A stretch of 64,000 bases of DNA, taken from Lophium mytilinum (Eukaryota). A program made the translations under genes and the position numbers. Positions within the stretch are counted from its first letter, which is position 1, and each line of letters opens with the position of its first letter. The notes under the pieces were generated by a model. The model saw only the letters and a program-made list of their open reading frames with translations. It ran no database searches and was not told where the DNA came from. Positions 10,404 to 21,617 of the stretch are shown here, piece after piece. The stretch is from the NCBI GenBank assembly GCA_010093605.1, contig MU004197.1, positions 496,001-560,000 on the forward strand. Reading direction: 5' to 3'.

Positions 10404-11212
10404 AGCAGCCCGCTCGTAGGAGTGCAGAGAATTGCCCCGGTGAGCTGAGAATGTGGTGAAGTAGCGGTGTTGGCGAGACGAGATGTTGAAGGGGGGAGGT
10501 TGTGAAGAGGTGAGGAGTCGAGGAGGTGCTGCGACGGGCTAGAAGTACTCGTTTGCGATGGTGCGGTGGGGATTCACCGCCCCGCTACCCGGCAGAGATG
10601 TTGTGGACAGACTGTTTACTTGGGAACGAGTGCATAAATCGGCTTTCACGTGGTATCAAGTTATGTACACGTGATCAGGCTGCTGAGTCATCTGCCAAGG
10701 CCACACGAAATATTTTCCTATAAGAGCTCGCTTGCCCGTCCAACTTCCGTTCTCGCACCACCTTCCTCACATCTTTTTTCACCACCATCTCGCATGCTAC
10801 CACCACTCTATAGGCCAGTAGATCGACTGCGGTGCGTTGGGGAATGTTCGTGGTCCCCTTCCACCGTTAAGGCAGTCTTTCGTGCGATACGAGAGGAGGA
10901 GGTTGGCCAGGAGGGCAAACGGTTTGCTTCTTTTCAGGGGGACTGTTGCGTTGGTCCTCTTTGGGGGAGACACCCTCCCGACGTCGCCTCACCATCTGTC
11001 GTTTCGCGCACGAGGAACCGTCAAGTGGTTCGAGCCGACCTCTGTCTTTGCAGCACCAAGACAAGTCCTCGTTCTCACGGCATCGCCATCGGTACCCTCG
11101 AAACGCAAGGGAGAATGCCGCGGCGATGGAGCCAGCTTTCGGATACCCAGGCCGTTCGCCCGCATACCCCCCATCGTCCGTTGGATCTCCAGGTGGCATG
11201 CACCCGCTGCTA

Positions 11213-11320
11213 AGGTAAGTCAGGTATGTTGTCCCTCCCCCCCCAGCGCCGAGTTCGCACTTCTTCGCAGTGCTGGGGACCAGTAGCCTTCGGGCAAAGC
11301 TAGGACGAACTCATCATGTA
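11213..11320 (+). ncRNA. Conserved structured RNA element, copy 3
   Basis: One mismatch versus copy 1 over 108 nt. A TATAA at ~10718 and a CT-rich tract lie ~500 bp upstream. Confidence 0.6.
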
Positions 11321-11676
11321 TATAATAATTAATTCACACCCTTCAATCTAAGTCCTGACTGCCTTCTTGATATGGCTTGGTGATGTCATGACGTGTTTGT
11401 CCAGCTGCACGGTTCCAACAGGAAACTCTGCACCAGCACTTACCCATGAACAGCATCAATGGCAAATCTATCAGCATTCTCACCTGTTAGTAGCCGCCAT
11501 TGGTCTCATTGACTTCACTGCTGATCTTTGCCACCACGCCATCAAAATCTTTTCATGAACATCCTCCAGCCCGTGGGTTTCACCGGCCAGGCAGGTCGTT
11601 CTCTGAGACTACGTCATTACTTCAGCTCCCCCGTCCCAGCCAAAATCAAAGCCGACTATTCACCAGCACCGCGAAC

Positions 11677-12060
11677 ATGCTGCCTAGGATCGCGGCGTCC
11701 AAGGTACACAAAGCACTGAATGTAAGGCTACTCCCGTAGTCTCGAAAACCGCAGGAGACGATCCAAAAGTCCGAAGTGACAGCCGAAGCTGTGCTAGCAA
11801 AACCGGCTGGGGGAGTGAAAGGGCTTGTTCGATCCCGCATATCGTTCGAAAGTCGCACGCTAACGACTTGATACAGACGGCTATCGACTGAGAGCTTCTG
11901 AAAGCCTTCCCACACTCTAGAGAGCCCTGGCTGCTCTGCGCGAAGAGCGCGAGAGACTTCGGCCTGTCGAATCGGTTGCGCATATAAGGAACGCCCTACT
12001 AAGTATGGCGGTGGGTAGAGCTGAGTTGGACAATGGGAGGAATGGTTGGAGAAGGAGAGA
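11677..12060 (+). pseudogene. Degenerate paralog of the 7446-7920 gene
   Basis: Shared GCTGCT..GAGACTTCGGCYTG..GCCCT segments. The downstream 12060-12245 region aligns with 7930-8115. No intact ORF. Confidence 0.45.
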
Positions 12061-13808
12061 CAGACGGAGGGATATTCTCAGTCAGCTGGAGCTAGATCCA
12101 ATGACCATGGTGCTCAAGTTCTGTCTACAAATTGCATCCAAAGAAGGAAAAGACACGTATGCGACCATTGTCGCGTCACAAGTGTTGGCATTTCAGGGCG
12201 CGGATCACTAGTACAAGTTGGGAATATCAACAGGGAATGGGGGTAGTACATATGCTCGTCCTTTGAAACTCAATAGAACGACAGTATCATTTGTTACTGC
12301 CCCAGCTATATACAAGAGTCGTACCGACTTCTCCTCAACGCCTGAGGTAATAAGAGGAAGTTAGCAACTTCGCAAATGTAAACAAGGCATTTACTTACGT
12401 GAAAGGCTTGTTAGTGGCGCCACCATCCTTCTAGCGTGTCGCAGCAGGGGACTATCAACCTCCTCCCGACCTAAATGAATGATATGGCAGTCGAGACATG
12501 CCACTGGAAAGCCTCCGGCTGGATGCGCAGTCCCTTACGAAACGAAAGTGCCATGAAGCCTCGCGAGCACAAACCCCCTTGTGAGTTGCCCCCCAGACAG
12601 GAAAGTGAGTGGCAGCTTCAGAGATCATCATGACACCAGGTTTCGCGAGTCGACAAAGGTGATGTCGGTTGTGGTGTGGTTCTCTTCGCCGAACGACGTA
12701 TGAGCTCCCACGGCACAAAAGCGTCCTTTGCCGAGCAGTTCAGCTTTCTAGCCAAACCCAAGAAAAGAGAACGAATCCGAGGATGTGGCATGTGGTGGGG
12801 GTGGGAGATCAGAGATTGAGGTGGTAGAAGGATGGAGAGAGAAAGTATTTGCGAGGAAGGACTTGCTTAAGTAGAGAGCCGGGAATGAATGATCAGTGTC
12901 GCACGTGAACGGAGGTCCAATACATGGGATCTCGTCATTCTATTCACTAATCTTTCGATTGTCCCAGATCTGAGATTCCTACTCATAAGGGACAACTCTT
13001 GTGCGATATATCAAGATATTACATGCATGCTAAAACGACGAACTGAAATTTATGAGAATAAGACTCAGACAACGCACTTGAATACAGCAAATCTTTAATC
13101 CAAGTGTAGCGGCAGTCCGAAACCATTTTAGGTGACCTCGAGAGTTGTCAAGTTTGCCAAAACTGCTACTCTACAGACTGTGATACCAGACTAAAGGGCA
13201 TCTACCAGTAACGGGCCTGAATATAGAAGACAAGCACACAAACCCAGAGAAAGAAATAGCATATAAAACCTAAATACCAAGTACATACAGCTGTCTGTGT
13301 CCAATCTATAAAGCAGCCTGTCCGTATCTATCTACTATGCAACCACCCCCAACACTGGCACAAACTAGATTAGCTTGAATAAATCTGGAACCAAACTGAA
13401 AATCCTCAATGCCACGCCAGACAGTGAAGATGTGGAGACAAACGTTCAAGTGCACCTTTTTCAACCTTGCCACTGTTGGGGGTTCCCCTAGAAACATTCG
13501 AAAGTGTAAACCAAAGCAACAGTCCATGCATTGAAGAACAGACTAGTATTTGACGGACAGCGTACTATTCAGCTGGACTGCTTCTGACAGAGATTTAGAC
13601 GAACACGACTTAAGTTAGTGTACCGTGCATAGAAGGGCAAGCTACCTTTCGACTGCCAGCCAACCATTCAAGTAGGGTCCTCCCGACAGTGACATAGACC
13701 GAGCAAGAACAAAGCCCTCATATCAGCATCCCCACACACCAGATCCACAACTGCCCCCTACGACACCACCACCCCAATCCTTCCATGCCACAACACACCT
13801 CCCTAATG

Positions 13809-15035
13809 CTACAAACCTCTCTTCCTCTTCCCCGCCACCACCCCGCCTCCCACCTCCTCCCCGCCCCTATCCAGCGAAGCAGCCTTCCTCCTCGCCGCAT
13901 TACCAATCTGCAGATCCCACCCATACCCCAGCTCGCTATGCACCGCAACACATCTCTCCTTCGTGCAACCAAACTCTCTCGACCCGTTTGCGAGCTTCCT
14001 ATGCTGCTTGCACAGCTCGTACCGGCACTTCTGCGCGTCTCCGATGCCAACGCAGTAAGCGCAAGGATGCGCGCCATCGCAGTCTCGACCGAGCTTGCAG
14101 CAGGTCACGCAGTCGAGCTTCCGGGGCCCTGATGGGCGTGGAGAAGGGGAGATCGGGGGATAGAGCCCTGGCGGCATCGTGGGGCTGGTGGCGGGGATGA
14201 TGGGGGTTTGAGTGGGAATGGTAGGTCCGATCGTTGCTTCGTCTGAGCATTCGGACTTCAACTTCGTCTCCTCCGCGCGTTCGGAAACCGGAGCCTCCTT
14301 ACTAGCCGCCCTAAGCTGCCTGACTTCCGCAACAAGTCTATCATTGCTGTCCGTAAGCCGCTTGATCTCGCCTTGATTCGCCGCTTTCCACCTTCGCGCA
14401 TCCACCTCCGCGACCCTCAACTTTATCGAAATCGCATCACGCTCCCTCTGAAGCGCCGCTATCATACGCTTCGTGTCTATGGCCGTGACGGCCGCGATCT
14501 TCAGATAGCTAGCCTCTAGCGCACCGTGATGTTTCTCAGCTGTTTCGCGCCATTCCCTCTGGTTCTCGAACCTGTCATTGGCTATCCGCAACTCGACGCG
14601 GAGTAGATCAAGCTGCGCTGCATCGTGCTGCCGCTCTGTGTGCCACGCGGCGTGCTCTTCTTTCAGCGCGTCGTGCAACTCGGCGGCTGATTCGCGCTGG
14701 AGCTTCTCGTTCGCGTACCGCTCGTTGGCAATCTGCACCTCGACGCGGAGTAGATCGAGCTGCTCTACGTTGTGCTTCCGCTCCGTGTCCCGTGCGGCGT
14801 GTTCTTCCTCTCGTGCCTTTATGAAAGCATGCTGTTCCATCCTTAACTCGTTAGCCTCGGCGGCGAGCGTGGCCACTGCGCAGTCGATGGATGCGCGGAT
14901 CTCGTGTGCTGCGTCGGTAGAGTCTGCCGTCCGGTATCGATCGATGAGGAGCATCAAGGCGGCTTGGTTGGAGGGTACGGGGATCTCGTGGTGGGTCTGG
15001 CAGATACGGCAGGGCGTGGACCCGGAGGAGGACAT
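13809..15035 (-). CDS. Zn2Cys6-like/CCCH family protein (408 aa) with a 49-aa internal duplication
   Basis: N-terminal CRICQTHH, long coiled coil, then RKLDCVTC..CDGAHPCAYC..CRYELC..CTKERCVAVHSELGYG. Confidence 0.85.
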   Translation of the reverse strand: MSSSGSTPCRICQTHHEIPVPSNQAALMLLIDRYRTADSTDAAHEIRASIDCAVATLAAEANELRMEQHAFIKAREEEHAARDTERKHNVEQLDLLRVEVQIANERYANEKLQRESAAELHDALKEEHAAWHTERQHDAAQLDLLRVELRIANDRFENQREWRETAEKHHGALEASYLKIAAVTAIDTKRMIAALQRERDAISIKLRVAEVDARRWKAANQGEIKRLTDSNDRLVAEVRQLRAASKEAPVSERAEETKLKSECSDEATIGPTIPTQTPIIPATSPTMPPGLYPPISPSPRPSGPRKLDCVTCCKLGRDCDGAHPCAYCVGIGDAQKCRYELCKQHRKLANGSREFGCTKERCVAVHSELGYGWDLQIGNAARRKAASLDRGGEEVGGGVVAGKRKRGL

Positions 15036-15670
15036 TTCGGCGGAGCCTGGGGGAGAGGGATGTACCGATAGAAGCGGGGAGGTGTTGGATTGCAGAGAGA
15101 GGCTTGTGCGTGTGAGGGCGTAGGTATCGTAGGTTGGCGGAGAACGAAAGGTGGTGTTAGATCGCGGATATTGTAAGTTATACGGCGTGAGCGTTGGGTG
15201 AATGGGGGTTCGGAGCTAGGCGATCTTTCATGTACCATACTTGAGATGGGTCTTGGTCGTTAACGATGACGAACCGCGTTTTGGGGGAAGTTGGTCCAAA
15301 GGAGGCGGAACCAGTCTGAATCGAAAAATGATTTGAATCTTGTGTCTCTAACTGGCAGAATGAGCCCGCGTGTCCACTCTCCATGGAGCAAAGCTAGCTT
15401 CTCCCCCGTCCGATATCTGCAGCAGTGGACCAATCCGTCTCAGTCTGCTCAAGCTCCAATCCTGCCACCTCAACGCCACCGTGAGGAACAGCCTGAGGAG
15501 TAGGTAGTCGGTCAGTCAAAAGGTAACGAGATCTCTATAGCATCGCCGTTTACATGGTATGGTATCCCAAGACCACACTGATGGAACCGATAGCTGCGCA
15601 ACGAGACAGAAGACATAAGAAAGAATTGCGAATCCAAGTTTCTACTTAGCTAGAATATGTTCCATCCCCA

Positions 15671-17213
15671 TTACTTACCCCCTTGCGCAGTCGGCTCGTT
15701 CCAATACCAAACCTTCGACTTCCTCAAAAGCACCTTCTCTTCCAACTCCCCACTAACCAAGCCCGTCCCAGCACCAGCGTGTCTCCTAACACCCCCGAAG
15801 CACATCCAGCCATACTCCGGATCCTCCGAGCCGGCGTGAAACACACTAAGAACCTCGGTTTCGTCGCGATCAAGAGGAAACGGACTATAATCCTGCAGCC
15901 ACACGTATCTATACCTTGATCTACCGTGGTCTGCGTTCCAGTTAATACGATGCGCAAGCTTGCAAGCGTCTTCAGCGATTTGGATAAGTGCGAGCTTTAC
16001 GAGGTTTCGCGCTTCTGTGGCTATGGCGGGCGGGTAGGCGTAGAATTCGGAAAGGCCGCTGGAGATGACGGATTCGAGGTATTCAGCGGCGAGGCGGGGG
16101 TAGAGGGTTTGGTCGATGTCTAGAATTTCATTGATGGTTAGTGGATATGGCTAGGTACGATGGGAGTTGAGGCTTACCGATGTTGCTCTGAGCTAGTTTG
16201 TCTATTAGTTCCTCTAATTCAGTAATCTTTGCTATGTGATGCTGATTATGTTCGTCCGGGGGCCGGTGAGAGGTATCAGACGTCTGGGTCGGCGATGGTT
16301 CCATAGGTGGCTCGTAGCGGAAGAAAGTCTTAAACAATTTGAGCCCGATGTACCATCTCAGAAAGAGTGATCGCATCTTCTCGTATTGCGCAAAGTTTTC
16401 CCATTTGTCTGTGACGATAGGCTTATAGCGTAGTATCATGTTTGAGACTCGTTCGATCGAGATATCGAGATCGCTGAAGAACGTAACGACATCCCTATCA
16501 GAGAGGGCTGCTTTGAACAGCTGAGAAACTTGAGAGCTAGGTGGAGCGCTTTGGGCAGTGCTAATGGAGTATCGAGGGTCATCATGCCGGGGCAGCGAGA
16601 CGAGGCGCTTGGTGATGTCTTTTGTGAGATTTTCCTTAAGTTCAGTGACAGTGTGTTGGAGCGATGGTAGCACCTCTTCTGCCAGAGTTCGACTCTTGCC
16701 TTGCTTGCCCACCCCCTGATGGCCACCTGAATCACCTGGACTATGTTTAAGTTGTGTTGTAAGCTGTCTGACCTCCTTCATAAGACGCTCATTCTCGGGC
16801 TGCAGCTTGTCCACCACCACCTTCAATGTATCGCACTCCGATATAGTCCCTTGTAGCAGATTGTTTGTCTTTTCCAAGCCCGAGTTCTCTATGACTAGTC
16901 CCACCATCTTTCGGCGTAGACTTTCGAGCTCCTCGTTGAGACTCTTTACATCGGGCGCTCTAGAGAAGTAAGGTACTCGATGGAGTGCTCCGAATGGGCC
17001 GTATGAAATTGGCTCGTCTGCTGCGCCATTCGATGTTTCGTCTGAAGCTTCACCGGCCGTTCCTCCATTCCGAGCATCGTGAACCCTGTATGCTCGATCG
17101 CGCCGGACACGGAAGCGGTCGATCGCGTCTTGGAGGTAATGTTTTAAGAGGGCCTGGAAATTCGGGTCCTTAGGGTCGATGTCCGGCGGCCAAGCACCGC
17201 TTCCATCGGCCAT
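15671..17213 (-). CDS. Hypothetical coiled-coil protein, 2 exons
   Basis: ATG at 17213. A GTAAGC..TAG intron (~16120-16178) joins the long ORF in frame to a 3' exon ending ..KSKVWYWNEPTAQGGK. Confidence 0.7.
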
Positions 17214-18449
17214 GCTGATCACAAGTATAGATTGGAGTGGGCAGGGGACGCGGAAGAAATTCTTGGAGTCCTAAGGACTGGGGAAGATCGGAGCTGGTCT
17301 TCTTTGTTACGAGCGGCCAAGGCCTGCTCCCCGAGAAAATGCGAACAGCTTGACAAAGAAGTCTGAGCATATTCGTACCACGTGCTTAGCAAGTTTGAGG
17401 ACTTTTGGGTGTCGCCGAAGTTTGCTTTATTCAAGCTGCAAGTCGGATGATTGTGTGATGAAGAATTATTTCAGTGATTGAAGTTCAAAGATCAGAATGA
17501 GATGATGAGAGCACATTAAATAATACCTAGCCTTGGTATGGCCTACCTTGCCTTAGAGCGGCTGTAAAACACTGGTCTCTCTTCTAGTCAGGTCCTCCAT
17601 ACCCGTACGTTACTTTCTGAAGCGCCTCAGTCGACTAAGATGGCCTTCAGAAGCCCTCAAAAGACCCTTTAATCCTCCAAGGAGGCGGTCAATGGACTTA
17701 CCTGATGCGCAAATTGCACATGTTGGTTTGAAGACCCCTGAACAGTGTTAAGTAACAAGTGTCAAAAACAAGATGAGATAAGAAGACGCGCAACGACTCG
17801 TAGTGGATCCAAAAGGGATGAGCGGACGTCTGGCTCCGCCCTTGGCTAGACTTCGTAGCTGGAGAGCACAACTGTGGCTCTATGCAATCATCAAGACCAC
17901 AGCCAAATAGCGATATATACAGCCTTTCTCTGGGATGAATATCAAAGAGATGCTGATGAGAAAGTCACGATGCAGTCTCGGTGTTTGAGATTTCTGCGGC
18001 GATCACTGCCCCAACCTGACGCGCCCGCCCACGCTAATCCCCGTCGACCCCCAGCCTTATCTCTAAACTTAGCCCCAAGTCCAACAGACAGCCAAAGCTT
18101 ACGCAAAAAGTTACGAGGGCTGTGATTTCCGCGTTACGTATGTAATTTGTCGTATTCAAAATGGAGTACATTCCTTAGCGTTTTTCTCCGTGCACCCCCC
18201 CTAATTTTATAAGCGCGCGCCTAGGATTATTAGATAGGTTATATATTAATTTTTAACTACTTTTTAATATACCTATATTAGCTATTAGTAAGGCCTCTTA
18301 TATATATATTAGAGCTTATATACTAATAATTTTTAGTATTTCTAGTATAAGTTAATAACTTAATCTATAGTTAAATTCTTCTCTCTATTAGCGCGTAAAC
18401 CTAACTCTAGAATTAAACCCTAATATTAGCCTTACAGCGCCTAGATATT

Positions 18450-19450
18450 ATATAGCTTCTTTAGCTTAATAAGTACTCTAAATAGATTACTAAGGTTATT
18501 TATATCTACTAGAAGATAGTATATAATATAGAAAAATATATAATTCTCTATAGCGCGCCCGTAAGGCCTTTATAACTTAAAATAGAATAGCTAAAAAGAC
18601 TTACTATAGTAGATAAAAAGGCGGTGCTTTAATAGCTTCTAGAAGATAGCTAGCGTAATTAAAATAAGATTTAAATATAGCTTAATTTTAAGCATAGTAT
18701 TAGAGCTTTATAGCTAACTATATTATATATAATAAAGAGAAATAGATAGAGTAAGAAGTAGGCCTAGCGCCAGTTAAACTACGTAAGTAAGAAGTTAAGG
18801 TTAAAGTACTTAGAGCTTACTAGTTACTATAAGCTAGAAAATCTTATCTTTCTTAATAAGTCTATATTTAATAAGAAGACTAGCTAGTACTATTACATAT
18901 ATATATCTATTAAAAGTCCTGCACGCTACTAGGGGCCTATAAATTATAGAAATATATAGAGTATATACGTAGTAATAAGTATAGTAGAGTAGCTACTATA
19001 TATAGCTATATAAGAGAGCTACTTTAATACTAAGAAGTTCTAAAGCTAGATTATTACTACTTTTCTACTAGCTATAGAAGGCGAGTTTAAGGGCCGCTTA
19101 AAAGTTATTATTCTAGATAATATTAGAATATATACTAAGAAAGCTCTTATATATATAATCTAGGCGTAAGAATATCTAGTATATTTTCTACTACTATACT
19201 TGCTAGATTTTAACTCTATAAAGTTAACCTTTACTATACTAAAGGCGTAGATCTATAGGTATTACTATTATCTACGCCCAGCCTATTATAACTTTAGTAA
19301 CTTTCTAAGAACTACTATTAAGTAGAGCTAGTATAATTACTTTACTTAAAAGTAGTTCTATTATATAGCTAGAGAAGTATACTATATAAGAGAAGAGATA
19401 GATAGAATTTAGGCTAAGCTAGATGCGTATAAAAGAGGTAATACTAATAC
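18450..19450 (+). pseudogene. RIP-degenerate DDE (IS630/Tc1-like) transposase
   Basis: Translated remnants LIFLNKS (from LVFLDES), VIILDNIRIY (VIVLDNARIH) and FLLLYLLDFNSIKLTF (FLPPYSPDFNPIE). Boundaries approximate. Confidence 0.75.
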
Positions 19451-19579
19451 TTAAGTTAAGAAGAAGTAGATAGAGAAGTAGGTTAAGGCCTAAGTATATA
19501 CTATATATAGCCTTTCTATTTAATATATACTCTATATATAGCCTTACTATTTTAGCCTTACTATTTTCTATATACTCTC

Positions 19580-21185
19580 TAGGTTAAAGCTTAAGTATTA
19601 GTGCTGGTAGATAATCTATAGCTTGCGTATTAATATAGGGTAAAGTTATATAGTAAAGCTTAATAGCTATTATTTATTTTTCCTATATATTCTTACTTTT
19701 CTCTTAACTCTTTTTTTTCTTTAAACTCTATATACTATTAATTACTACCTCTATAATACTATAGCTAATAATACTATAGCTAATAACGCTAGTAATTAGG
19801 GCTCTATCTCTAGCCTAATTAATAATATTCTCGCGGAGCCCTTCTTCTCTCCGCCTCTTACTGCGCACCCCTTTAGAACTACGCACCCCTTTAGGCCCCT
19901 TAGGGTTTACCCGGATTCTCTAGTAATATAGGTAGTAGCGGCTAGGCCGCTTTCTACTAAGAAGGAGATAATAGGCGTTTAAGCTAAAGATAAGGCGCTA
20001 GAAGCTTCCTCTAGTAAGAGCCTAGAGGATTCTAGCCCTTAGAGGCTTTATATAGTATATAGTAGGCCTATATACTCTCTTTCTACTCTTACTATTAGTA
20101 GAGATATCTATAATATATCTAACTAGAAAAAGAATAAAGATAAAAATAAGAATAAAAATAAAGAGAAGAGAACTAATCCCCCTCTACTATATATAATTCC
20201 TAGTATAGTAGCTTAAGAATCTAGCTAACCTATTTATATAGAAAGCGCCGCGCTTACTATCTACTCTCTCCCCTTACTATTACTATTATTCTAGGCCTAC
20301 TAACTCTCTCTTAGTATACTAATAACCTTACCGCTACTCTTAGCTTCTCTACTATTACTATAGCCCTCTAAAAGTACTTCTACTACGCTAAGCTTATCTA
20401 TATAGAGCTTATTAATAGCTAATATAGCTAGAATTAGGCGGGCCTAGCCTATAGTATATATCTAGAGTGCGCCTAGAATATACCTATAAAGGGCTATTAT
20501 TAGTATAATATTAATTTCTATACTAATAATAATCTAGGTAGTAAATATAGTATATATAGGGTTAGAAGTAAGTACTATATATAGATTAATACTATAGAAG
20601 ATATAGTAGCGTTTAAGTAGGCTCTAAAGTCTAGGGCTAGTTATGCTAGAAGAAAAAAGTAGAGAATTAAGCCTATTTAACTATATACTTAGAAACTATA
20701 ACTATAACTTTAAAAGTTTATTACTACTAACTAATATTTCTATATATCTAGCACGCGGATATAAATATACACGTCTAGACGCGTAATTTAGCTATCTATT
20801 TATATAATTTAGACTTATATTTACTAAGATATAATAAAGTAATAGATTCTATCTCTAGGTAGCCTTTCTATTTTATATATACTCTATATATAATCTAACC
20901 TAAGGCTTAAGTATTAGCTATAAGAATTCTATAAGAATTCTATTCTAATAGTTTATAGCTTAAGTATTAGTAGTAAGGATTTTATTTTAATATTTTAAGG
21001 CTTAAGTATTAGCGCAGGGCAAATTTCCTCTATGCTAATACTTAAGCCTTAAAATAGAATTCTTACTACTAATACTTAAGCTGTAAAATATTAGAATATA
21101 ATCCTTACTACTAATACTTAAGCTGCAAGATATTAAGGTATATTTTTATATTTTGCCCGCACTAATACTTAAGCCTTAAACTATA
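19580..21185. mobile_element. Nested, RIP-mutated TIR element, unclassified (possibly Mutator-like)
   Basis: Inverted ends TAGGTTAAAGCTTAAGTATTAGTGC (19580) and GCACTAATACTTAAGCCTTAAACTA (~21160). An array of the same motif occupies 20900-21180. Confidence 0.5.
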
Positions 21186-21202
21186 AATACCCCCTAATTA
21201 AT

Positions 21203-21290
21203 AGATAGTATATATATTATAGGTAGTATATATATTATAGATAGTATATATATTATAGATAGTATATATTAGATAGATAGTATATATCTA
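21203..21290. repeat. AT-rich minisatellite, ~16-18-nt unit (TAGATAGTATATATATTA)
   Basis: 4-5 tandem copies visible. Confidence 0.7.
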
Positions 21291-21381
21291 TTACTATATA
21301 CTCTACCCTCTATTACCTAGTAGAGTAAGATTAAATACTACTTTATTCTTCTAGTATAGCTGCTTAAATCTATATAGCTTC

Positions 21382-21617
21382 TATTACATTATTTCTTAGC
21401 ATTCTCTTAGTAGTTATTAAGGTTAGGGGTTATTATATGCACGGATGTTACGTAATCTCCGGGCCGAGGGTTCTTCCGGCGCCCGGGGTTCTGCTGGCGC
21501 CCGGGGTTCTACCGGCGCGCACACAACTATATAGTAGGCTTATGGCCGGAGCCTCTCTCCTCTCTATATAACCTTATTAATAGAAATATAACCCTTTTCT
21601 TAGCTATAAACCTAATA
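21382..21617 (+). repeat. 5' LTR
   Basis: Direct repeat of 28360-28595; TA..TA ends consistent with RIP-mutated TG..CA. Confidence 0.92.

Noticed and set aside
21421..21432. GGTTAGGGGTTA telomere-like sequence
   Set aside because: Under two units long and part of both LTRs; not a telomeric tract.
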